Assembly: GCA_965655095.1 (NCBI GenBank)
Contig: OZ296657.1
Location: forward strand, 60,140,001 to 60,204,000
Direction: 5' to 3'
From: Haplodiscus bocki
Taxonomy: Eukaryota
Length of the DNA: 64,000 nt
Position numbers and translations under genes: made by a program. A model generated the notes under the pieces. That model saw only the letters and a list, made by a program, of their open reading frames with translations, was not told the origin of the DNA and made no database searches. Of this stretch, positions 24,351 to 36,360 are shown piece after piece (the first letter of the stretch is position 1; the number at the start of each line of letters is the position of its first letter).

Positions 24351-24565
24351 TCAAAAAATGCCCGGAAAAATTTTAGTTTTGATTTGTTGTTCCAACAATC
24401 TTTTTTGTGCTTCTTTGATGGAAAACAAGGCACTTTGACTGCACTTCGTTTTCTTGGCTCCACTCAATAATCAGGAGCGTGTTTTATTTAAACAAAAAGG
24501 CGTTCAATTGTATAAAAAAAAGATGAAACTCTTACACTGCTTTCAGTTTGAAAGATGCCATTTAA

Positions 24566-24830
24566 CCCTGATCAAAGTTTCAGAGATACTCAGCACTGAG
24601 CAAAACTGATCAAGAGAACAAGAACGATATCAGTGGCAATCAGAGTTGTGTACACTGAACAGCTGTGTTTTTCTCCGCGGTCAGCGTTGCTCGCAACTGA
24701 AGAAAATACAGCACTGATCAGCGTTCGGAAACACTGTTCCCGGGACAATCAGCTCTGAAACGGTTGTGATCGGCGCTGATTTTCGTAGTTCTGAAAAATG
24801 TTTTAGCGCTCAACAGTGTTGATTTTGGAA
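24566..24830. repeat. Degenerate MITE-like sequence built from CAGC(A/G)CTG palindromic motifs
   Basis: Repeated tcagcactga / cagcgttg / cggcgctga / tagcgctca motifs. Termini not resolved. Confidence 0.45.
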
Positions 24831-27800
24831 AGTTTCTTTTCAATAACAAATTCTGCACGGAATAAGCGCAGTTGAATCTATCGTCAAAGTATAGACTGGC
24901 GGACCTTAACGAATATCGACAATGAACAGTTCGTGAAGAGCTGCATCAAATGTAACCAGCGCCAACATAAACTGAAGCAACCGATGAAGAGAATAAATGC
25001 AGACCGCGTCTGGGGTATCATATGGACTCGCTCTACGAAGAAAATTGAGGAAAGACTCTTGTCATCCGCGATGCCCGATTCGTTTGAAGTTTTCTGGAGC
25101 ACGGACCATATACGGTTGTATCCAACAATGCAGAGGAACTCATCGCCTCTCCAGCCTTGAATGACAGAGTGATTGAGTTCTCGAGGTTGTTACAGGTCTA
25201 ATATACAGTTGTGGTCCCCAAGTAAAAGAGGCTCAGCCAATCGGGACCTTCAAATTTCAAAACGCAGTTTGATTTTTCTGAGAAAAAGTCTTGCACGCTC
25301 TCTTGCAAGCTATTTTCATAAGACTTTGTTTTTTCACTAAACTTCTTCGAATGCCAGAAGAAGTACACCAGCAAAACTGTAACGCGAACGAAGCCTCCGA
25401 AACTAATTTTGACTACATGATGTCGTTCAGAAAGTGACATACCAGCCACTCAACAACCATGAACCGCGCAAATTAACGTAAATCGTCCAAGAAAGACAAA
25501 ACACAAGCCAGCTCCCAAAAGACAACTGAAAAATTTCATCATAGATGGACAATGTTCATCATCGCTGACAACAAGTAATGCGAGACCGAGCCTTCAGCAA
25601 CGAACCATGATTGACGTAACTGATGGTTTATTTCCTCCGGTCTCGAGCCAGTCCGACGACTTCAATCCATTGGCCACCTAACAGAACCCCAGTCAGCTAA
25701 CATTGACGAAAAGACCGAAGCGGAACCGAGCCTAAACCCAAAGATAGCAGGTTGTCTGTTTCTGATCAGAGCAAAAATTTTGAAAAAGAAAAAAGAAAAG
25801 CAGTTAAAGGATGCAATCTACAATCATATATTGAACAACAACAAAGTAGTTACTGAACAAGATCGGAGAAATTTCCACTCTACCGGAACATGGTTACAAA
25901 AGTTCAGATTTTACGTAATGGACAAGCATTTTAACCCACGTCTGAAATTTTTCTCCATTGTATCAATCAATTTCAATGAGAAACTAATGGTATCACAGAT
26001 ACGCTGTAATTTTACAAAACAGTTGTTCTAAAATTCAAACCATTTCAATTAGTTATGCTACGACAATAAGAACATGTTTGGTTGAGAAGATCAGAAGTAG
26101 ACAACGTAGTGAAAATTGATGAAAACGCTTGAAGTTTTAATAAAAAAGACATTCCAAGAAAATAAAGAATAATATTTACGAACTGTTTTGCAAAATGTCA
26201 GTTTAACTCAAACTAGCCGTAACAATCAAAAACGTTAAGCTCACTAAAAGAGATAAATTTCAGAGAAACGGACCCATATTAAATCCGTTACATTACCGCA
26301 CAAAACCAAACAACAAAATTTCGTTGTATCTTGGGCGCATACAAAAACTCGATAACAAAGATATTGTTGTTCACTTTTTGTTCGCAATGTGAACTGACAA
26401 TCTGAATTCTGTGTCCTGAAATTCACTATTTTGAAATGTTTCATGAAGGTCTCTCAGGTTTGAATGGCGCTAATTCTAAAAAAAATAGAAGTGGTCAGGT
26501 TTGGGTCGATGCTGTGTAGCGCTCGCATTTTTCATGTCCTCCGGGTCAATTTTGACAACTTTTGAAAAACGATAAATCTGTAACACCGCGCTGATATCAG
26601 GCTTTGGAACAGAGTTAAGGATCTGTACAGAGGTGGTAGGGAACACGAGGAAATATGCAGTTATAGAGTGTTGAAAATCTTTATCTGCAAAAAAAACTAT
26701 TGAAAACAAACAACTTTTCGATGCAACAGTTTGTCGACTAGGGGCTAGATGGCCGCAATCCAAATAATACTCACCAAGGAAAAAAATTGACTTAACACGC
26801 AGGATAAATGTTTTCAATTATCCCACTTCAAACTTTAGATATTAGGCAGGAAATTTGCAAAAAACATAAACCTCCGCCCTTTTGCGAAACTTGCGGGCCA
26901 AGAGAAAACGCAACAAATCCTAAATTCTACAACGAATAGCTGGGCGTCAAGGTAAACACCTCCAACGATCGGCCGGGAAAGAGACATCTTCGACGTTTCA
27001 AGTACAGACTCCGATTTCTTGCACGGAATTCAAAAAAGGCCTTCCTTTGCTTTCAACTAAATGTTCAGACAAATACAATTTGGGAGAGATGAATGAGTAA
27101 CGGAAAAGATTTGCCAGTGAGTGAAAGGGAAACGAATTTTACGAACAAGGGAAGTAAAAATATCTTCAATTTTTCATATTTAGGCCAACATTTTCGAAAA
27201 ATAAACACGAAAAATAAGCAGAAAAACTTCAACGAACAATGAACAGAAAATAGCCTCCGGTTTCCCAACCTCAAGTCAAGATTTTCGCATTGAAAATACA
27301 AGAATGTCCGAGCTAATTCGTAGAAAGTCTCAGTCGAAAAAAATTGACTCCTCGGTGAACATTGTCATACCACTAACCATTGAGAAAAACTGTTTCAAGT
27401 GACAACGTAAAAAAAACATTCGATTTTACAAAAACAAGTCAAGATTTTCCGCTATGAAACTACAAAGTAAGTAAACGAAAATTCTCTGTTGAAGTTCTAG
27501 CTTGCAATCAGTTGAAAGAGCACCAAAGAGAAAAAATACAAACACCATTCGATTAGAAAAACGAATCCAACGAACAAAGCAAAGAAAAAGCTACTTCGTT
27601 GTTCCAATCTCAAGTGGGGAGTTTTTCATCAGAGACGCACTAAATAGAAGCATCAAGCTACTCCGTAGAATCCATAGGCTTCAACTAGTTAGAATAATTC
27701 TAGAAAAGCTAACTGTGCCATCGTTAGTGAGAAGAACGACTTCAACGACTGACGCAAGAAAAAACAATCGCAATTTTGCAAAAACAATCCGCAATTTTTC

Positions 27801-28029
27801 TCAAGGAAATCACAAATAAGATCGTCCCATGCTACTCCACAGAGCCTCTGAACCACGAGCTAATAAAGTAGCACTGGACGAAACCAATATCGCTACTTTA
27901 CATTGAGATAGGCATCCCTAATGGTTAACGCAACTGCAATTGTTATTACTTTGCGTCATATTCTTTAGACGTCACCTTCCTCTCAAATTGGTTCCTTTTT
28001 CTTACCCGATGTTTGCCAATTGAGCTCGC

Positions 28030-28820
28030 ACTAAACACGATGTTGGCTCGCGTCGTGAATTTTTTTCCCAAGATTGCCAAAAAAACCAAATTGGCCGAAA
28101 AGGCCAAAATGGCCAAAAAGACCAAGATGGCCCAAATTGCCGAAATGGCCACAATGGCCGAATTGACCATAACGGAAAAAAATGCCGAAAATGCCAAAAT
28201 GGCCGAAATGGCTAAATTTGCCAAAAATTCCACAATCGCCAAAAATGCCCATTTTCACAAATTGGTTGAGATTGCCAAAATATCCAAATTGGCCAAAATG
28301 GCCAAAACGGCCAAAAAGGCCAAAACGGCTAATATTGCCACAATTGCCAAATTTGTCAAAAACGCCAAAATGGCTGAAATGATTAAAATTGCCAAAAGTG
28401 CCACAATTGCCAAATTTTCCAAAATTGCCACGATTGCCAAGATTGGCAAGGTTGCCCATATTGCCAAGATTGCCCATATTGCCGAGACTGAATTTGTAAG
28501 ATATCTCGAAAAGTTCAGAAAATGGGCCTTTTTTTGAGAAAATAGATGGTTTTTTCGAGAAAAGACTTGAATTTCATGAAAAATCGCTAAAGGTGGCATA
28601 TTTGCTGTAAAATGCGAATCAAATGGTTTTAGTTCTCAGACGTGTCTTTTGCCCTATATATTTAGTTTTTTAGCAAAAAATCACCAAACTCTGAACGTTG
28701 GAAGAATTAGAAACTATGATGAATAAAGTGTGTTTTTTCGAAAAAAAAGTTTTCATCTTTTTAAAAGCCTTCTTTACAAAACATTTACAAAAAAATACCG
28801 GTGGTAGCCGGCCGTCTTGT
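28030..28820 (+). mobile_element. Non-autonomous Helitron/Helentron-like element with a 9-bp minisatellite core
   Basis: 5' imperfect palindrome cacgatg…cgtcgtg. Array (aa[t/a]tg/ggccaa)n at ~28070-28485. 3' GC-rich hairpin ccggtggtagccgg followed by CTTGT. No TSD evident. Confidence 0.55.
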
Positions 28821-29032
28821 TAAGTTTCCAATTACAACTAAACATTTCTGCCCTCAGAATGAAAAATTCTCAGATCTGATACATTTGATAAACTCGGAAA
28901 AAATGTGAGTTTTTGAACAATTGGCAGAAAGAGACGAGTCAAACATAATATACTTGCTTCGCTATGCTGCGCACGCCTATCACAGAAAGGTAGCAGCGCT
29001 TTGCAAACATTTGCACTAAGCTGAGAAATTAC

Positions 29033-29369
29033 CTTGATTGTAATGCCCACCGGCAAAATAATTGGAGATATCTCTCAACAAAAGCTTGAAACCGGTCAAT
29101 CAAGATTAACGTTTTTCCACGAGGTTCCAGCTGATTACACTTAGTAATACAAAAGACTCCAAACGCCTTGAAGTAGACAAGAGTTGAATGGATGCAATCT
29201 GATGAGTAAATTCCTGGAAAAGGCACAAAACAATTGTTACTGCTTTCATAATGCAAATTCAGATATTGACAATAAAAGTGTGAAAACAACTGGAGCTGCT
29301 ACTTCGTAGACTTTTCCATCAAAGAATTTTTCAAAGAGTTGGAGCGGTGTGCAGTCTGAACAAAAGTTC
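29033..29369 (-). pseudogene. Probable degenerate exon of the FN3-repeat gene
   Basis: Acceptor ttttacag| and donor |gtaatt. Frame TFVQTAH…K*QLQLFSHF…CNQLEPRG has one in-frame stop. FN3 likeness is weak. Confidence 0.35.
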
Positions 29370-30029
29370 CTGTAAAAATTTGTTCTATGGATCCTCATAA
29401 AAAATTAACCGTGATTTTGAAGCGCAAGTTGAAATATTTTGCGATAAATTTCGGAAAAAGCAATCCCCATTTCTCCCCAAAACTTCAAACAGCAAAAATT
29501 TCAATAGGCAGTGAATAGATAGATTCAGTGCCAGCAGTACTGATTACAAAAAAAACCGTTTCAATGAAAAACGCAGTCAAAATTATCTCTGATTTTTCAA
29601 AGGCAAGTTGTTATTTCGCACTGAAGGGTCGAAATTGACAATACCGGCTACCTGGGTCGATTTTTTTGAGATTCGCCATTATCTTTTAGATTGCCAGTAA
29701 TCCCCTTGATACCGTCGTTAAAATTCTAAGAACAACCGATGCACCATTAACGAAGAACTTTTGTTGAGAATTGAGGTTGACCGTCCATATTTTCCTACGA
29801 GAAGCCGTTATTCCCGCCGATATCCACAAAAAGCGCCATTATTTTTTGTGAAAATGATGCAGAAAAAGGCGTACCCAATCGGAAAACCAGATTTCGGCAA
29901 AAGAAAAACAAAAAACGTCGGAATATTTTTGTTCCAAAATGGAGGCTTTCGTACACTGAAATCTCCGCCAGGAAAAATCTGTGAAAATGGTGGAAAAATC
30001 CAGTTCCTTACAAAAAAACAGACATTCGG

Positions 30030-30710
30030 TTCCATCATCTCCAATTGCATTGGTGGGAGTAAAGATTGTTCGACAACTATATTTACTTTTTTTTCTTTTT
30101 TATTTATTTTTTTGACTAGCATATTTTGTCTTTTTATATGTATTGAGTCTTTTCCATATCGTTACATGTCGGAATCTGGTTGTTTGAATTTCCGATTGAT
30201 GTCACTTTTGTGATATCTTGATTCTGTTTGTCAGGTATTGGGATCCTATGGAGGCCATGTTCTCGTCATGGATCCTGTCAAGTGAGCTATCTGGAGCTCA
30301 CAACCTGAAAGCTCCTCGGTTAAAATGTAGGGATTCTTGTTTCCATCACAAGCAAACCTTGTTTGCGGAAGGGAGCATTGTCTGACAACAATTTTACTTT
30401 TTTGTTCTTTTGATTAATATGGTTTGTCTTTTCAGATGTATTGGGTCTTTTCTATTTTGTGCGACATCTGATTTGGGCTGTTTTACCTTCAATGTGGTGT
30501 CATTTTCTTTATATCTCTATTTTGTTAGGCAGTTTTGGGGGTCCTTTGGAGACCATGTTTTTGTCTTGGATCCTGTCAAGTGGGCTACATTGTACCCGCG
30601 AGCTGAGAGCCTTCAATTTGAAACAAAAGGACTGCTGTTCCCATCATCTGCAAACTTTGTTTGTGGAAGGCAACGTTGTCCAACAACTTGCTATACTTTT
30701 TTAATCCTTT
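30030..30710. repeat. Diverged ~300-bp tandem duplication (about 2.5 copies)
   Basis: ccatgtt…ggatcctgtcaagtg.gcta…ccatca…gcaaac.ttgtttg.ggaagg at ~30255 and ~30553, with a partial earlier copy near 30030-30090. Confidence 0.75.
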
Positions 30711-31198
30711 TGACCAGCTAGTTGAGGTCCAAAATTGAAGACTTTCGCTGTTAATGTTGAATGACAGGAAAGGAAAAAGATCTATGATTTTTCGATTACA
30801 AGTTAAGATATTTTGCATAAAAAGTTGAAAATGGCGAAAAATGTTCAAATCTCGGACCATTTGAGAATCTCTGAAAAAATGCGGGTTTTGGAAAAAGAGG
30901 GGCACATTAGCCACTGATTAAATCAACAGGATGCTGCACAAACTGATACTACGTTGATATTTTCCGAACAATTTTTGTCAGGAATCGCCTGTGCACTGAG
31001 TTTTTAAAACAAGACAGTTCCACTCAGCTTTCACACAGAATGGTGAAAAAAATTTTAATACAAAATTTTCGAACTATTCGACGTTTGGTTGAGCAATCAA
31101 ATTGTTTGCGGAAAAGAAGTTTTCTCGTTTGAATGTCCCACAAATGTTATTGAGGTTGTTATTATTGAGGTTTCATCAGAACTTCAAATCTAACTTAC

Positions 31199-31398
31199 GC
31201 AAAGGTGGAACTGGAACTGTATCGTAACTAATGTTTAGAAGGGGCGATGTTTTAGCTTCCCCATCATAAACCACTTGCGCTTGGACGTGAATTTTGAAGC
31301 TAGTTCCGGCTGTAAGATTACCCAAAGTGTAGTTTAAGACGGCCCGATCCACTTGGCAAACCGAAGAGCATCCATAGTCGTGACTGAACATTTCAAAG
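31199..31398 (-). CDS. Fibronectin type III exon
   Basis: Open frame YTLGNLTAGTSFKIHVQAQ…NISYDTVP (FN3 E-F-G strands). Acceptor aaaacag| and donor |gtaagt. Confidence 0.7.
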
Positions 31399-31686
31399 CT
31401 GTTTTACTTCAATTTTTAGAGTTAACTTTTCATTGGAAATTTTTAATGAACTTTTCCACAAAAATGCTCAGATTAAAATAATAATGTTTACAAACATTGT
31501 GGGCATAACCTTGAAAAGTCACAAAATGCAATTATCACTCATTAAATTCACGAGATTTATTTCCTACTTTTGAATGAGTGTGGTGCTACGATTAGAAATT
31601 ACAGAAAGAAGGTTGCATCATCTTCCTTTTAATTAATTTTACAACTTGATTTGCAATGGAAGTGGCGGAGTCTCAGTCTAAATTTC

Positions 31687-34600
31687 GGTGGCAGGACAAA
31701 ATACCCAAACCCAAAACATCCGAGCCCAAAATACCTTAACCCAAAATACTCAAAGTCCCATAATACCTTAGATTGAAATAACCATACTAATTAAAAAATT
31801 AACAGCGTCTTAACTCTAAAGTTAGGTTTAATCATCTTTCAAAATATAGGTGGTGTCAGATTAAAATACCATCAAATTAAATTTCTCACAGAAAATTACC
31901 TTGAACAGAAAAAACAATTCTGAAAAAATTCATAACTAAAATTCAAAATCCCTAAAAAATCAACGGAAATTGGTATATCTAAAATTCCGTGCCTTCTTTT
32001 CCGAAAATTTTCACACAAAATAATTTTCTGAAGTTGTAGTTTTTGAGACTTTCGGATTAATAATTTTCATTATTCTTGTTTTTTTTGTTCGTGGCCGCCC
32101 ACAATACTCAAACCTTGGCCTTTCCAAAAAGGTAAAAAAAATAATTTCTAATAATTTTTTAAAAACATTAAAGTGTAACCCACAAACTTTTCGGCACTGT
32201 GAGTCAAAATTGTGGTACCCCCGTTTTTGCACCAGACCGGAGCAAAGTGCGGATTTGAGCCTTGATGGCCTTATCTATCTTTCACATTTATCTGCCTTTG
32301 TTGTATTTGTCATAAATTGTAGTGCATAATTTCGAGTTTGCAAAAACTTTATATTTCAAAAAAGCCATTTTTTGCAAATTAGATGCTAAATGTGGTAGCA
32401 GTTTGTTTCACTGTAATTAAAATCGTGTATAGAATTTTGCTCTAAAGAGCAATAGTAATTAACATCATAACTACGATATCAATTAAATAATTATGCATCA
32501 TTTAAGTATTTTGGGTACTTAAAGTTAAGACGCTTTATCAATTTAATTAGTATGTTTATTTAAATCTTGGGTATGTTAGCTTTGAGTATATTGGGATATT
32601 GGGTATTTTGACCATGAGTATTTTGGACAGTGAGTATTTTGGGCTTGGGTACACAGTAAAACTGCCCCGTGCAAAATTACTTGCAAATGCAGGTAACTTC
32701 ATCAACCGGCCGCATATAAAAAGGCCCCACACGCAGTTTACCTGCGTTACAAGCAGTTTACTCGTAACAATGAGTAAATTTACCTGCGTCTACGCGGCGA
32801 GCACCGCATGCAAAATACACGTGAATTGCCTGCAGCCGCTTGTAAATTTAACTGAATATAGTAGATATTTTAGAGGTAATTTTACATGCACAACTCTTGC
32901 AAATTCGCCCGCGACTGGTATGCAAAACTGCCTGGTTTGCAAGAAGAAAAACGTGCAATTTGCAGGCAAAAGAGACCCGTAATCACGTGCAAAAATACCT
33001 GCAATTGCAGGCAAAAATCGCTGCAATCGTAGGGAAAATTACACAGAACTGCACGCAAAAATACCCGGAATCGCCAAACAAATACTCTCAATTGCAAACG
33101 ATTTAGCAGAAAATTCAAGAAATTCTGTTGTTACACCACGGGTAATTTCACATGCAAATTGCAGATAAAATCTGCATCCTGCAGATGAATTTAACCGCAA
33201 CTTGCGTGTTTTTTTACAATTGATCGCGTGCATTCTGCGGGAGGCGCTTGCCGTGTATATGCAGGTATATTTACCTGCTTTTAACTGTAAACTGCATGTA
33301 ACGCACGTTAAAAGCGTTTGACGACCTTTCACATGCGTCTTTCCTGAGGTAAAATATCCCACCTTTGCAAGTAATGTAACCATGTCAGAAAACTAATAAT
33401 ACTTGTGGGAAAACTATACCGGAAGATTCCCTTAAAAAAGAAGTAAAAATGCATCGTAAAACTAAAGCTCATAAATCGCTATTAGAAAATCGTATGCCTA
33501 AAAACTACGGAAACATTTGGAGAACAGACCAGAGTACCCCTCAAACTAACTATCGAAAATATTTGATGTCATCAAAAGAGAATCGCTCTTGAGCAATTCT
33601 TGCAGATTTCGGTCTTTCCAGATGTGAAGTTGACGAAACCAGGCATATCTCAACAAAAAAGTCCAGAAGCAATCCATTGGCAATCAAATGACTTTTGGAA
33701 TCCAATTGAAAGTTTTTGCGTAAAAGTGTGGTACGAGAAAAGTTCAATCTGAGACTTGACCCACAGATGAGAAAACTCATTCCATTTAACGATGCAACTA
33801 TATTCACCAACATAATTAAGTGGAAGAGAAGCTGCATCCAATTTTCTTCCTTTATGTCTTGACAATATTTGAGCACGAGCTCCAAAACTTGTATGCATCT
33901 CAAAAACTTCAAGTTTTTTTGTAGTCTTCGCAGGCCAGAAACACATATCCGTACGCGCCATACTGCTCATCACCAACGAGCAGGTATCTTTTTAGGCTCT
34001 ATTGATATGATTCAAGTTACAAACATTAGAGTGAACGGAGTAGAACATAAAAAGAGAGTTAACAAGAAAAATAAACTTGGAAAACGGACTAATTGATTTT
34101 CAGAAGCAATCAAAAAAGCGAAATTTGAAGAAGCTTGTACATATCAAGTAAAGTTGCATCGGATAGATTAGTCTCCTCGTTGCTCATTGGGTAAGAGTCC
34201 CCATTGTGCTTTTATATGATCAAATCTTTGATTGAAGGTGTTTTAAGTTACACTTTACTGTAGTCCAATAAGATCCTGTTTAAGGTGATGTCTTCTTCAG
34301 ATTTTTTTTCCATGAATTTGGACTTCTTGTTTCTAACATCAAAACAAAACCTCAACTGTCCTTTGCTGCTTCAGTTCTGAAAGCCGAGAAAAACTTCTTG
34401 CCGAAACACTCCAGAACCATTTGGCACTCTTTCTCTGGCAGACTGCAGTTTCGAACTTTTAAGGAAATTCTCCCCATAGAAAATCAACGCGTTCTTCCCT
34501 TTACTTATAATCCAATGGTTTTTAAAAATTCAGTAGTATCTCATTTAAAATGCACTGTGCTTTCAAGCGGTATTCAAGACCAAATCATATTTTTGATTGA

Positions 34601-35141
34601 CATTTTTTCCTCACTCGATAAAAAAAGTGAATATTGGAGAAGTGAAAAATTGACAACAGCCAGTTTCCTATCATCATGGCGACAATGAAAAAATTTTTTC
34701 AGCGAGCTATTTTTTTGGATAACGGATTCAACAGCCAACAACAAACAGTCCACCTTTTTCGGAACAGAATCAATTTTGAAAAGTTTACCATTGACTTCAA
34801 AGGCAGCAAGTGGTTATTTGGTCAAGTTGCTGGGTACTGGATAAAAGGAAACGTCCCTAGAATTGAAAAAAAATCTCCCTGACACGAACAATAAAGTCTT
34901 CACGTAAATTACTTTCGCGCGCAGGTAAATTTCTGCCAGTTACCTGCGGAAACTGCAGGTAATCTTTAGCTACGGAGAGTTTTGCCTGCATCCGTAGTGT
35001 AATTTCACCTGCGTAACAGTTTACCTGCGGCTATCGGAGGTAATTTTGCACGCGCCAGTTTTATAGTGTATTTTAGGACTTTGGCTTTGGGTATTTTGGG
35101 CTTGGGTATTTTGGGTTTGGGTATTAATTTCGGGTGGAACC
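31687..35141. mobile_element. Mutator/foldback-like non-autonomous element with 9-bp TSD
   Basis: Termini GG…CC. Flanks ctaaatttc (31678-31686) and ctaaagttc (35142-35150). Long inverted arms of cccaaaatac subrepeats: 31690-31830 versus 32505-32650 plus 35070-35130. Confidence 0.8.
32652..35068. mobile_element. CACTA/EnSpm-like DNA transposon nested in the foldback arm, TA TSD
   Basis: Left TIR cacagtaaaactgccccgtgcaaaattac; the right end reads cactataaaactggcgcgtgcaaaattac in reverse complement. TA on both sides (32650-32651, 35069-35070). Removal restores the gggcttgggtatttt subrepeat. Subterminal ttacctgc repeats. Confidence 0.8.
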
Positions 35142-35399
35142 CTAAAGTTCATAAGGCCTGATTTCAAATTGTGCATATCACTCAAAAATAAGCATTCCCA
35201 GAGTTTTCTTCAAATGCTACCACGTTTTTCCATTATTGTTTTCGAAGCTTCAACTTTCAAATACATATAATTTTTCGAGATCACACTCTGAAATTTTGTT
35301 GACGTGCATTTCATAACTTAGTCAACTTAAAATTCAAAGTTTTATTTTAATTAAGTGTTAGCTGATTGTATTTCTTGTTAAGTGGTAGTTGATGTAAAA

Positions 35400-35866
35400 G
35401 GTGTAAAATTCTAACGTAATCAATAGGTGATGACAAAATCCGTTGATTATGTAGGGAAAAGTAACTGTGGTTTCCGTTGAAAAACATCCATAGGGTGCCA
35501 CCTTGGGTGCGGACGGGTCGGTGACAAAAGTGAAATCTTGTCTGCGATCACGGGGACTGTCACCTTTGCTTTTCGCGATTACAATGAAAGTGAATTTATC
35601 CCCTTGAGTTAGGTTGTGGAAAAGGACGTTTTGGGTCAATTGGAATTCCAAACGCCGCAGTTGAGGCCTGATCGACTGACCAATTATCCAGATGGTAATG
35701 CTAGAGCCGGTCCCTGACGCGGTCATTAATTTGAACTCGAGGTCAGTTGGCGTTTCTTCGAAAGTGGTGAATTCGCAGTTCATTTTGTCAGTTCGTGTGG
35801 GTAAGGAGAAATACAAAATGGAACTGTTCTTGTCATAACTGGAAGAGAACATCTTGATGTCAAAAT
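35400..35866 (-). CDS. Fibronectin type III exon (large)
   Basis: Acceptor ttttttttcag| at 35867-35868. Open frame including VLFHNLTQGDKFTFIVIAKS…FTFVTDPSAP…STETTVTFPY. Donor not determined. Confidence 0.7.
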
Positions 35867-36004
35867 CTGAAAAAAAAGACGTTTTCGTTGAAGTTGAGAG
35901 AGAAGAAGGCGGAATATAGAAAAAAAAATGAAGTATTGCTGGATAATAAAAAAAAAACGAAAAATGTAACATTTTGGGCTCCTTCAGTCGAGAACACATT
36001 GAGA

Positions 36005-36360
36005 CCATTTATAAATCATCGATGTCGTCCTCGAAGAAACATTCCAGTTCATCAAAGTGGCAGCGAAGCAACATCGATGCCACATTGATGAAACACTGAT
36101 CATTTTGATGCAAACATTAAAGATCAATAATGTTTATAATGTGCTAATTTCTGAAACATCAATGTTGCTTTGATGTTTCATTGACGATTCGTTGATAATG
36201 AAGAAATATTGATGGTACGTGCCATTGAGGAAACATTTAGGATTTCGATAGAAACATTGAAGATAATTAATGATTACTAGGCCCCACGTTTCAAAACATC
36301 GATGTTTCATTGATGATTTATGCATCAATAACGTCTCGTTCGCAAATTCAGCAGAAGTTT
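36005..36360. repeat. MITE-like sequence of CATCGATG/CATTGATG palindromic subrepeats
   Basis: More than ten aacatcgatg / cattgatg / catcaatg motifs in both orientations. Confidence 0.55.

Larger units (their letters stand above)
15463..24465 (-). mobile_element. Unclassified dispersed element, copy A: unique arms plus internal ~177-bp tandem array, interrupted by a solo LTR
   Basis: Segments 15463-15622, 17096-17500 and 24340-24465 align by eye to the reverse complement of ~47670-47829, ~47290-47670 and ~45320-45400 respectively. Confidence 0.75.

Noticed and set aside
27946-28599. Overlapping 98-174 aa ORFs on both strands
   Set aside because: Artefacts of a 9-bp minisatellite; no evidence of a real gene.
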